A DNA stretch of 63,983 bases, counting the filler, from Gonapodya sp. JEL0774 (Eukaryota): the NCBI GenBank assembly GCA_027604505.1. It is 11 parts of 11 records of this genome, joined end to end, with 100 filler letters (N's around TTAATTAATTAA, not from the genome) between each part and the next. Parts side by side here need not be neighbours in the genome. Positions count along the whole stretch, not along the records: positions 46,824 to 52,527 come from JADIIX010000680.1; positions 52,628 to 58,326 come from JADIIX010000681.1; positions 58,427 to 63,983 come from JADIIX010000702.1; 8 more parts are not named here. The stretch is one strand, 5' to 3'. The notes beneath the pieces were generated by a model. That model saw nothing but the letters and a program-made list of their open reading frames with translations. It ran no database searches and was not told the DNA's origin. Numbering within the stretch: position 1 is the first letter of the stretch; every line of letters starts with the position of its first letter. Made by a program: the position numbers and the translations under genes. Positions 49,787 through 61,400 of the stretch are shown here, piece by piece.

Positions 49787-50579
49787 CGGAGGGGAAATCG
49801 GGTGAAATTAATGGCCAACTCTGCAGTGCTAGTGCGTGTCCCCGTGCACCCATGATAACCACAACAGCATAAATACTTCCGAAAAACACCATCAGCAAAG
49901 ATAGTGACCAGCCAACGCGATATGAATCACAGATTATACTAGACATGAAAGTTAGATAGATTCTGTCCACTAGCGCTGGAGGCCATAACGGGATAAAGGG
50001 GAAGGCCAGGCAAGGGCGTGCGATCACGTAGTGACGCCATGGCTGCCTGAACGCTCATCATGTAAAGATCCACCTCACGATCGGGTCCGTAAACTCACGA
50101 CCTTCATAACGTTTTATCCGTGGCCTCCGAAACTCCTTTGCTCGTACGTTCTCATCCTCTCCTGAGATGGATCGATTCCCGTCAGTCATATCCCGGCAAC
50201 GCGACGACAACTTGTTCAAGCACGCCCTTTCTCCACCAGCAACAAGCGGCGTCCATCGAAATCTGGTACACTTCTCAACCAATGTGAGGCTCCATCCGCA
50301 GATCCGGATCGCTCTCCCTACAAACGTGTTCCAATGTTGAACTCCATTTCAACACGACTCCCAATTGTCCTGTACCATGCTCCAGAGCCCAACGCTGCAT
50401 CTGTACTACCCGCGAAGCACCTCTGCGACCAACAGTGAGGCTTCTTCCCAACCGTCAGAGTTCCCCGTATTCCGGGCAGAGGGGGCGGGGGAAGTCGGAA
50501 CATCCCAAGCAACGCTGGTGGAGCTTGAAGGTATACCCGAAGAGAGCGAAAGCCCAAAGAAGAATGAGTGGAGAGGAAA

Positions 50580-51815
50580 TGGAACGAATGCACGTTGGAG
50601 AAAAAATAGTGACGCGGGGGAGGCGGACATTTTGGGGTCCAACAACACCAAGCTGGACGTTCCACGTAAGTTCAAAAATTTAGGCGAGTACGTACGCGAA
50701 CCTTAAGATAAACCATTTGTGCAAGCAGCTCAAATCATTTCGAGTAACACCGCCTCCGACTTGCGTACGCTGTGCTTCCTCATCCGCAATTCCATCACCG
50801 AATGGCGCCAGTCCTTTGAAATCGAAAGCTCTGAGCTCAGAGAGCTGCTTGGAAAGGACGAATGGAGTGAGGATGACAGGGTTTCGAAGATCGAGAAGCA
50901 GATTGAGGGAACTCGTGCGAGTTGGCGCCGTTAGCTTAGATACTACTCATTTTTGGTAGTTATTGATGTCGCGAATTCACAGAAATGATAGAATTGCGGC
51001 GTTATATTTTCTTGAAGAGGCATGCCAAAGTAAATGTGGGCCAGGCTGCATTGTTTTCTCTGATCGATTGCGACTTCGCCTTGTACCTGGCGGTCCATTG
51101 GCGGTATTAACAAAATCACATCTCCATTCTTACAACCCCGATCGGTCTTCGTACTCCTCGCTAGTAGACCTCAGCCTAATCATTATGGGCAAACCGACAA
51201 AATCTCAGAAGACTGAAGCGGTGGTTACGGCGGCACCAGCAAAGCCGGCAGAGACACCCAAATCTCAACAGCCCCAGAATCTCGACAAAGCTCCTACTGT
51301 AAAATTCTCCAAAATGGTGAGCACACAGTTGTAGAATCACCTCCATATGATGCCTCAGTCAGAGGCTGAATTCACCTCAACACCAAGGCACCGGACCTCT
51401 ACCTCTATTCTCAACAAAGTTCCGACTCCGACCAGTCTGTGATCATGAAGCAAAATTCGTCTAGGCCTACTATGCTCATGAGTGAGCTGGACGTAGCGAG
51501 CTCAAATGGATCATCGGGCGGGATTAGCACCATGGATGACCGTGAGGCGTTGCTCCTCCTTCTGAATAGGCACTCCCTCTGTTAATACTAGTTCTCTCTT
51601 TCCCTTTCGTCTATGCTCGTGTGCAATTACTGCCATCCAATGGTTTCCAAACAGTACGCAATGCGTGTGAAAACGCGCGAGAACAAATTAGGCAATGGAA
51701 GGCACAGGTTGCTGCGGATTGTGCCAGCACGCAAAAATTTATCCAGGATTCCATGTCTACAGAGGATAAGAGAATAGGGCAGCTGGAAAGAAGGATTAGT
51801 CGTTTAAAAGTATAG
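50580..51815 (+). CDS. Hypothetical multi-exon protein
   Basis: Short coding-like ORFs with splice signals and a coiled-coil-like C-terminus (RIGQLERRISRLKV*). No family recognised. Confidence 0.3.
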
Positions 51816-51968
51816 TCAGTTGTGTGGCGGCGCCGGGTGCACCAAGAACCACCTCATCCGATACTGTCGAGTGTGAACAGGTTATTTTTTTACTATTCAG
51901 AGTACTTACAAAGTAATGATCAGATTTGAGAAAGGTTCACAGATGCCCCGTCTTTCCACCTCGTGCCA

Positions 51969-52527
51969 TTATTTCCCCACTTCAAGAGCGTACCGTACTG
52001 CCTCCTTCACCCCTCTCACCTTGACCCATTGTTCTCCTGTGCTACGATCCCCTACATTGTCCAGATCCTTCGCCATCTTTTCGAGCCCAGTCCGCAGCCT
52101 CTGCATCTTGCTTCCCCTCGCCGTCCCGCTGTGCTGTGCAGCCCAAAAATGCCGCAAAAGCTCCGTCGCCGACGAAAGAAGGGACGAGACCGCAGGTGGT
52201 AAAGGTTCATTCGCATGGGACACGGTCTTGACTCTATAGAGGGAGTTAATTTGTGCGAAAGTCGAGCGAGCTTCTGGATCGCTGAGGTAGGATAATGTCT
52301 GCGACACCTTTCGAGTGTGAGTTAATGAAGCACAAAGGGACGGTGCTCGACCTCACTCGGGTCAGATTCGGTTTCCATGCTTTCACTTCGGCCGCAAATT
52401 CACGCAAACGCTCAGGCGTGACCTACGGAAATGTTCAGACCGCTTGTAACCATCATTGTGTCCCCGTGTCCTCTTACATTCTTGGTACTTTTCTCCTCCG
52501 CCCTTCCCTTAAAGTACTGCCCAAGAT
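51969..52527 (-). CDS. TFB1: TFIIH p62 subunit, C-terminal exons
   Basis: SSATELLRHFWAA..SKMQRLRTGLE..AVRYAL. ELLRHFW is the conserved p62/Tfb1 C-terminal motif. Confidence 0.75.
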
Positions 52528-52627
52528 NNNNNNNNNNNNNNNNNNNNNNNNNNNNNNNNNNNNNNNNNNNNTTAATTAATTAANNNNNNNNNNNNNNNNN
52601 NNNNNNNNNNNNNNNNNNNNNNNNNNN
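52528..52627. other. Artificial scaffold spacer
   Basis: N44-TTAATTAATTAA-N44. Confidence 0.98.
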
Positions 52628-53937
52628 ATGCCTCGATCCTGGGTCTCCTACATAACGCGTCCCATATGGGACAAGGACGAACGACCCAAAGAACGAATCC
52701 CTCAATATCAAATCGACATTGAAGCGATTGGGAGAAAGAAAATGTGTGAAATGCATGGCTGGAAGGAGCGAAACGAGACCAATGTCGAGCTGTGGACCGC
52801 GGTGAGTACTCATTTGGGGAGAAGTTCATTTTTATCATGGATTACGAGGCACATGCACATGATCGGAAGCTACCCACTGTGCGTCTCTTGCGAGAGCCGT
52901 TTGTGATCTTTACGCGCGGGACTGTCTCTGGAAACTGGAAGCAAAACCACCATTCTTCATGAAATGGAACGGTGACTCGCGCCAACGACACCTCTTTCAG
53001 ACCATTTTCTCCACCGAACTTCCTATGCTTCTCATCCGCCTTCACGGGCTCGATCCCATCGTATCCCGTCACTTTATCGTGGAGTCCACGCACACATTCA
53101 CCGGGATCCCCAAACCACTCCTCTTGCCAACCGCACTTGAATCTCCCGCTTTCGCTGCGTACCGCCACAAGATCAATTACCGGTCAATTCAAGGTCGGGC
53201 TTTGGAACAGGGTGAAGATCCGTTCGTGCAGGAGAACGAGAATCGAGACGCCGTGACAGCGTTTCTGCTGGAGGCACTCCAGACTGAACCGCACGGGCGG
53301 AATCCCGTGTTTCTGTTCTCCGATGTGGATGAATTGATTTCTTTGGCTACGGCTCGACTACTCCAAGCGTGTGATTTTCCTTATCCCCTGCATCTCGGAC
53401 TGCGGGACTACTTGTATTCGTTTGAGTTTGAGGCAGGAACGATCAACGAAGGAGCGAGTAGTTGGCGAGCACATGCCACTCAATGGCCATACAAGGGCCA
53501 GGGTCCTGAAGAGTTTTTCAGGCACGGGAAAGTGACGGAGCGGTTGCTGGTCGAGAGTGGATGGCACTGCTCGTGGTGCTTCAAAACCTTGGGCGAGTTT
53601 GTCACCAAGGCTAAAGGTCAGTCGTCAATTTCATCACCTGAACACCCACCTTTCTGTTGACAAATTTCTGTCGGGGAATTATGCAGGGTATTCACACACT
53701 GATCGTTTGGGAAATCATCCGACGGAACTCCTCAAGCCCGAACGAATACAGGAAGTAATATGCACCGGTGGAGACATGTTCGATATGCTTCCAGAGGCAT
53801 ACACATGGCGGGAACTGGTCTCCAAGTGGAAGTTGGAGCCGAGCTCACCCAACAACTTGGAACTCCCCAGGCTGGTCCAGGAGCGTCCTGATGAGTACAG
53901 GTGGCTGCTCCCTGGCGGGTGTATCCGAGAACAATAA
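52628..53937 (+). CDS. Glycosyltransferase family 17 (GnT-III/MGAT3-like), probably 5'-truncated
   Basis: YITRPIWD, FSTELPMLLIRL, FIVESTHTFTGIPKPL, FSDVDEL, LHLGLRDYLYSFEF, GWHCSWCF, YSHTDR, GGDMFDMLPEAYT. Intron at 52802-53000. Confidence 0.9.
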
Positions 53938-54382
53938 GGGACATGACTTTTTTTGGATCCTGTAATATCGTGTAAATATGCATTTTAATTTTGTAAATAC
54001 ATATCATTGTATGACGCTGCACGATCAGATTTACCATGATCGGTAAGATCGCTGTGTTCCACCTGAACTTCAGCGGCATGTCCACGCTGCCGTGAGGCAC
54101 CACATTGTGCCGGTAGACGGATGGTGGGGAAGGCTGGTAGATATATAAAAGATCATTAAGTGTGGTTTTGTGGGAGGCGATCACTAGAATGGTATTCCGA
54201 CCCACCAGGTCAAAAACCCGGACCCCTCCCAACCTGGTACCATGGGTCCGGATCCAGTCACTACTTTTGTGACTCGGACCTATCGGATCCGGTCATGAAA
54301 TTGCTTGGTACAGAAGGGTCAACCAGTTCACCAAGTCTTAAAGATAAAACATCCACAAGCCTGAATGATTGATCCTATTTGT

Positions 54383-54551
54383 GGGAACGGGAACAGGTGA
54401 ACGAGGTGGCGGTGGGTGCGATTTGGCCCGGGGGTGACAGGGAGGGGAACGGGACCGGAACAGGTGAACGAGGTGGTGAGTGTGGTGGGGCCTCGAGGGT
54501 GACGGAGAGGGGAACGGGAACCGGAACAGGTGGTGGTGAGTGCGATGGGAC
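54383..54551. repeat. Three imperfect purine-rich direct repeats
   Basis: GGGAACGGGA(CCGG)AACAGGTG(AACGAG)GTGG recurs at about 54383, 54445 and 54510. Confidence 0.65.
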
Positions 54552-55054
54552 GGGAGGAGTAAAACAGCAAAAGCAAGAGAAGTAGGACGTAGCTGGCTAC
54601 TCTAGTGAAATATGTTGTCTGATGAAAGTCAGAAAGTGTTGAGGGATTGACGTGGGAAAGTGTTGTGTTCGTACGGGCAACTGCTCTTCAGCCAGGACCA
54701 AAGCACAGAGGCCACACCTTTCTGAAGCAAAATGGTCAATTGTGCGGTGCGTTAGAAAAAGAGCGATTCGAGATACTTGACACGGGATGCTGGGGAGCAA
54801 TGAGACCACATCTGTCTCCGTCCTTCGAATCGCAGATGGTGACCGCGGATCAGACATTCGACGTGCACAAATGGAACTGATTCGGGTCGCTTGGATTGTT
54901 GCTTTCCCGTCATCACATTCCAATGATGGAGATGTTGAACGCAGGGCGCGCTTTCTGGGGATACCGTATCTGCAGGGGTTGACCCCTTTGGACTCTCGAT
55001 ACCAGGATTTTATTCTCACCCGTTTCAAGGGGACCCATTTCATCTCCGCGGCAA

Positions 55055-56083
55055 ATGGAGCTGGTGATTTTTTCATCACTGGTACTCGCAAAGGCGGATG
55101 GACATCAAGACGCGCTCCTGGATGGTCAACAGTTCCCGAGTCAGACCGATACGCACTCTTTTGTATCAAAGCTCTTCACGCTATCGCTCAACCGGGTTAT
55201 CTCAACTGCCGGCGAGGATCTCGAAACAGTCTTTACGAATGGAAACATCATACGGCGTGTGGAACTTCCTTCTTGCGCAAGGGTGGGAGCGAGGGAAAAG
55301 CGGTCGGTCGATGGTGTTAATGCCAAAGTGGAGGGCGGACATTTCTGTTCAGTCACCGGGCGGCAAGTACCAATCACAGACATTTCTACACAAGCGATTG
55401 CATATCCCCATGATGTGTCACCACTGCTCTCCAGTCTGGTAGATTGCCTGGACGGAACAAATCTGGAACGTTACGGAACCATCACTATATACCAGGACGT
55501 CTTTGCACGAACCTCTGAGGCATATCGCTCACTCCCTGTGGAATTCAAGCGTCTTGTCAATCACTTTCCTCAGGCCACCATTTTCACCCTCTTGGACGTG
55601 AGCAACCTCACTGAGCAGGAGCAAAGTGATTGGTTGGAGCACCGAAAGGTGCAAGCAATGGACCGCCTGTTGAAACTGCACACTGTTGAAGGCCGACCTA
55701 CCGTTGTTTACGGTACACGTGGAACCGTTGCTGACGAGGACTCATATGATGATGTGGATGCAACCTCCACCTCGCCGATTGCATTGTTGAGGGCACAAAA
55801 GGCGATTGGCCCTACGATTGAGGCGCTGGGCCGTGGTGTAACGCTTTGTGAAGTGTGGTGTGAGCGATGTGGAAGCGAGCAGCCGCGGTGGAGGGGAGTG
55901 AACAGTCTGTCACACCATTGCACAAACAATGTAAACAGGAAGTTTGACGTCTCGGGACACAGAACAGCAAGTGGAGTGTGGGACCTTCCATCATGTTGTC
56001 GTCTCAAGGTCTTTCGGGTGATGTCAGCATCGTCGGACAAATTGAATCCATTACTGGGTGGTGGTCAGAACCCGTTTCTATGA
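55055..56083 (+). CDS. Hypothetical protein (342 aa), possibly the 3' part of a gene starting in overlapping ORF 54787-55320
   Basis: Long intronless ORF with a Cys-rich C-terminus (CEVWCERC..HC..CC). No family recognised. Confidence 0.4.
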   Translation: MELVIFSSLVLAKADGHQDALLDGQQFPSQTDTHSFVSKLFTLSLNRVISTAGEDLETVFTNGNIIRRVELPSCARVGAREKRSVDGVNAKVEGGHFCSVTGRQVPITDISTQAIAYPHDVSPLLSSLVDCLDGTNLERYGTITIYQDVFARTSEAYRSLPVEFKRLVNHFPQATIFTLLDVSNLTEQEQSDWLEHRKVQAMDRLLKLHTVEGRPTVVYGTRGTVADEDSYDDVDATSTSPIALLRAQKAIGPTIEALGRGVTLCEVWCERCGSEQPRWRGVNSLSHHCTNNVNRKFDVSGHRTASGVWDLPSCCRLKVFRVMSASSDKLNPLLGGGQNPFL

Positions 56084-56374
56084 ACTCTACTAGTTGTATA
56101 GATGATCCTGCTTAATATTCGGTACTAATTCCTTCATAGACATAGACATTTGGGTAATATTTGTTGGTACAGAAGATCAACCCCCCTGTTGCAAAACTCT
56201 CTCTGTGTGAAGCCAGTACTCTGCACCTTGCGTTTTCGCGCCATATTGATTTATCGACCACTATTATTATGGCGTTGAGGGTCTACCATTGTTTAGTGGT
56301 CACAAGCGGCAGTCACACACGGTCAAATATAAAAGTTTGTAGTTCACAGTAACCTTAAATATGTGATATATTTT

Positions 56375-56447
56375 GTCCGCGTAGGCTAGTGGATACGCCG
56401 TCCGTTTCCGGAGCGGGAGGTCGCAGGTTCGATCCCTGCCGTGGACG
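56375..56447 (+). tRNA. tRNA-Arg(CCG)
   Basis: 73-nt cloverleaf: acceptor GTCCGCG/CGTGGAC, D arm GGC..GCC, anticodon arm TCCGT-TTCCGGA-GCGGG, T arm GCAGG-TTCGATC-CCTGC, followed by a T tract. Confidence 0.93.
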
Positions 56448-58326
56448 TGTTTTGCTGACTGGCTCGACCAGGATGACGTAGCTTTTTGCTCGCGGTTCAG
56501 TTCGGGGCTCGGGCGATGCAGATGATGGCGTTCGCGCACCCGCTCTATGTGAGTCAATGTTTCCGTTTTGCATGTTGGTAATTAATGCAGCCAGAACTGA
56601 GACCTCAATGACAAACCACACTGCAGGGTGCATGAGGAAACGCATTGTGCGTTTCTGACTGCTGCAGTGTTCAAACAGGTAGAGGGTCTTGGCAACAGAT
56701 CCTTGGGAGAATGTAATATGCTGTGACCTGTGTGCTGTTGTTTCTCATCTTTGGGAATTGCGAAACGGGTAAAGACAGATATACTAGGAGAGGAACAACC
56801 TGTCGCTAGCAATCCATAAGCAACTTTGAGACAGATATGCTGTCCCGTTGACTGCACGCCAGTAGAAATGGGATTACATCAGTTGCCCACGCACATCTGA
56901 GTTTGACTAGCTGTCACCAGGCGATGGTCTTCCCACAAACAGGCTCACACCACCTCAAAGGACTTTTCTTGTCACCTGCCATTTCATCACTCAACTCACT
57001 ATCAGCTACTTTGATTGCGGAGATAACAAAAAGAAGCCAATACATTGCAGTTAGCAAACTTTGCTATATGCAACACCACCATAAACCATTTGTTGTTCAC
57101 CATAGGTAGAAATCAAATCAAAAATAAATGATTATTCCAGAGATTGCATCTTCCCGGCACATTGAACAGCACTGCTCCAGTACCACCACCACGTCAACTC
57201 AGTCACTCACACAAACTACAAAAAGGACAGTCCAAGGATGGAACAGGCATTGTTTCAAGTTTCAAGCATTGTTTGTAAGTTTGATAAGCCCATTCCGCCG
57301 GTACCGTCCTTGAATGAAAACGCTGCAATAACTAATACAAAGGGGCAAGTGTGTTTGCCTCGACTTGAGTGCACAGGCCTCAGATCACAATAATACCGAT
57401 TTTCAAACTGATACAAGCTCTTGGTAGCACAAAGTTCTGAGAACGTATGTTGTGCGCCATGGTTTCTTCTCTTGGATCATATCAGGTGCTGGTGCCGGCA
57501 AGTTTAATAATATCTTCCCTCCTACAATGAACACACGTCACACTCACACCACCTCCAAGAAAAGAACCATATTTTGCATGGCCTAAAAGTGCAGAAGTTA
57601 TGACCCAGATCTCATTTTGACAGGTATATTTATATATGGTATAACGTCGACAAACCACAAAATGGAAGAAACGAAATACAAATCCACAATTGCAAAATAC
57701 AAGAGTCAGACAAATTGTCCATCATAACACCGCCCGATGACCCCGTCACCAGACACTCATCGCTCGACGTGTCCGGCGTACGCAATGCACACTGCACAAT
57801 GGATATTTTCGCACGTAGTACCTCCCATGCTGCGAATCCTTCCAGTCGGAGGGAATATGCCGCCCTCCCTGCTCGTCCAGACAGGCGATACTGCCCTTCA
57901 AGTTCCGCGATCGTCAAATCACCAGTGGTATGTCGATCGGCTTACTTTTGTCCAGCCCACACAATCTTTGTGGTTTTGCTGGACTCCGCGAAGGTCCAAC
58001 CCCAATATCTTCTCCATCACCAGTTCCAACCCACTCGGTCCGTGCTTGGGAACCACCACCGGACGACACACCCGCGAACCACCCGACCTTCTTCCCTACG
58101 AACCGTTCCAGCGCAACCATCTGCGCCACGAGATCCGTCGCATCGAGCATCGCAAAGGTAATGTCAGGATCGAGCTTTGCAGCGGTGCGTGTTGGGTGAT
58201 GGATTCCAGAAGACGGTATTGGGAATCGAGGAGTGCGCCATGCCCCAGCACCCAATTTGTCGAGCTCAGGTCCATCCACCACCGAGTCCCGCCACCCACG
58301 CAAATAGGACCACGCACCCTCACCCG

Positions 58327-58426
58327 NNNNNNNNNNNNNNNNNNNNNNNNNNNNNNNNNNNNNNNNNNNNTTAATTAATTAANNNNNNNNNNNNNNNNNN
58401 NNNNNNNNNNNNNNNNNNNNNNNNNN
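58327..58426. other. Artificial scaffold spacer
   Basis: N44-TTAATTAATTAA-N44. Confidence 0.98.
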
Positions 58427-61400
58427 CCCCCTCCTCGTCCTCTCCATGTAGTCGGCGATGCTCAACCGCTGTGCGGAGGAAAGGTGGAAGTGGTTTGGTG
58501 GGGTTGGCGATATAAAAATCAATGACCGATTCCTTTGCGTGTTTGAGGTGATTCCAGGGCTCCCATCCGCGTTTGTCAATCGGCAGGTCCTCCCAGTCCA
58601 CCAGCCACTCGAATCGCCTCCCGACCTTGCGTACATCCAGAATCTGTTTCACCGTGTACTCTGGACCGTCGTTGTCCTCATAGTAAGTGGGTTGCGGAGG
58701 CGGGAGATCGCGATGGGAGAACTTGTTCGGGTGATGCGGTGATAGGAGCGATGAGTGGAATACATCATGAATGTGCAATTGCGGTGGTAATTCAAGTCGA
58801 TATGTAACCGGGTTGATTTGCTCCACAATCTTGTACGGCCCAATTTTCTTATAGTCCAATTTTTTCGACGGTCGGTACGAGGTCAAGTTTTTTGTCTTTA
58901 GCCAGACGTAATCGCCTTCGGCGAATGGGGACTCCTGGCGGTGTTGATTCTCCTGTGCCGCCATTTGTTTCTTAACATTCCGCATGTGCTCCTTGAGTTG
59001 TTCTAGCATGTGCAGGCGCTCCTCTGCTGCTTTTGCACCGCGATCCGCGAGGTTTACCGAGCGAAGGGGGGTGAGGTCGTCGACAATTGGATGGTAAAGA
59101 TGTTCAGTGTAGAAGGGTGTTTGACCTGTGGTAGAGTGGACCGCGTTGTTGTAGGTGAATTCGGCCAGCGAGAGATATTTGGGCCAGTCTGTCTGGTTGT
59201 AATTGACGTAGTGGCGGAGGAAAGTGATCGGATTCTGATTTAGCCGTTCAGAGCCGCCGTTGCCTTCAGGGTGCCATGCCGTTGTCAACTGCGCCTTTGT
59301 TCCCATTCGTGCCCAAAAATGTTTCCAGAACGCTGCCATGAATTGTGGTCCACGATCCGAGAGAATTACTTGTTGCATTCCATGTAGCCGATAGATGTTG
59401 TCAAAATACAGATCGGCGCATTGTTCGGCTGTCATGGATTCGTTGCACATGACAAAGTGCGCCGCCTTACCGAGCATGCAGATCACGACCATGATAGAGT
59501 CCCATACGCGATCTTGGTAGGTTGCCTTGGGCAGTTTGACCATGAAATCCATTTGTGTCTGGGCCCAGAGGTGCTTGGGTGGGTCGATAGGCTGAAGTAG
59601 TCCGTAGGGTTTGTGACGTCCGGTGCGCGCCATTTGGCAAGAGACACAAGAGCGGACATATTCTTCAACGTCTTTTCGGTCCCCGGGCCAGTGGTAGCCA
59701 TCACGGTGTAAATGTTCCAGTGTGCGCTCTGCACCAGGGTGTCCAGCTGTTAGGGCGTCGTGTCGTGCCTTCAGCAGTTTTGCCCGTTCTGACTCGTCTA
59801 ATATCGGTGGCGTCTTTGGTTTTACCGGTACAATAGCATTGACGTTCTGTGTCGTGTGTGAAGATGGAGCAGCCGTAAATGCGAAGCTCAGATCAGGAAA
59901 GTGAAATTGAAAATCGGTACTCCCCGAATCATTCGGGGGGGATTTCTCCCCCCTCGGCGGCTCCCCCGCAGGGTCAAGCACATCCGGTGGTTCAACCTCC
60001 TCTGGTGTGTCTTCGGCCCTTGTATGCGGGGGACCGCCGAGGGGAGCGGAGTGATCAGTGTCAGACAGTCGGGGATAAGCGTAGGAGGGGCGAGGAAGAA
60101 AACGTTCACGTTCTATGAGTATGTGTTGCATTTCCGCGTCCTCTTCGGCATTTGTAGGTTTGAAATCAAGGTCCCGCGAGAGCGCGTCTGCGACCTTGTT
60201 TTGGGAGCCAGGTATGTGAACTATCACGAAGTTAAATTGCGCGAGATCTTCGGCCCAGCGAGCCTGGCGCGGCGATAGGCGCTGTTTGGTGGTGAATTGT
60301 AAGAGGTTTCGGTGGTCAGTTCGCACTTGCACGACAGTTTCAGTGTTGGCTACCCAATGTTCCCAGTGCTTCAATGCGTTGCGTATTGCCAATAATTCCT
60401 TGTCACCGACAAAGTATCGGACTTCTGGTCCATGTAGCTTGTGAGAATAGAACTCGATTGGGTGATCCAATCCGTCCTCGGGATACTTCTGTAGCAAGAC
60501 CGACCCCATGCCGTAGTCACTGGCATCTACGTAAACCACAAATGGTTGGTTAAGTTGAACTGGTCGCAGAACATCCGTGCCCAGCACTGCCGCCTTGAGC
60601 GTCTGAAACGCTTCCTCCTCAAGCGGGCCCCAATTCCACGCCTTGTTCTTTCCGATCAGATCCTGCATTGGTCGGGTAAGCTCAGCATAGTTTGGTATAA
60701 AACGAGAGTATTGAACGGTTAGGCCGAGCAAAGATTGCAGGGACTTCATGTTACGTGGCCTTGGGAGTTTGTTTACTTCCTCCCGCTTCTCCTCCGGCAC
60801 AATCACTCCTTGTTTGCCGACTTGGAATCCGCCATGGTGGATTGAGGTTGTACACGGAATCTGCTTTTTTGCGTTGAGAACTAGTCCAAATTCGTCTACA
60901 ATTTCCAAAAACGAGACGACTTGCAGTTCGTGATGTAACTCATTGATGGCGCTCCGTCCTCCTTTCGTGTACGTGCTGTTATCATCGATATACGTTACCG
61001 TTCCGCCTGTTGTAGTAGGAGGAGGCTGGAGTTTCATAGCTAGCTTCTTCTCCTGGAAACGAATTCCTGCCCGACGGTTGATCTCGTCTGCGATCATCTG
61101 CGCGTGGCTCGGCGCAGTTGCCCAGCCTTCCCACATCGTCAGGACTTCGAATGTACCTAGTGGGCACGTAAAAGCTGTCTTTTCTACATCCTCCTCCCGT
61201 ACTCGAAACTGGTGGAACATCTTGGAGAAGTCAAAGTGCGTGTAGTAGTCAGCTCCTGACAGCTCTTCAAGTTGATCCTTGAGACGGGGAAGACGGTAGC
61301 CGTTTCGCTTAATACATTGATTTTTTGCGCGGAGATCCATGCACAGGCGTAACTTATCCGATTCTTTCTTGAAGAAGACTGGACAGGCTGTTGTGGATTT

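Noticed and set aside
57630..58326. Overlapping ORFs at the end of scaffold 10
   Set aside because: Possibly a gene 3' end, but no frame or family could be supported.
5787..58426. Regularly spaced TTAATTAATTAA repeats as a CRISPR-like or biological array
   Set aside because: Each is embedded in N44 runs and is a six-frame-stop linker added when the scaffolds were concatenated.
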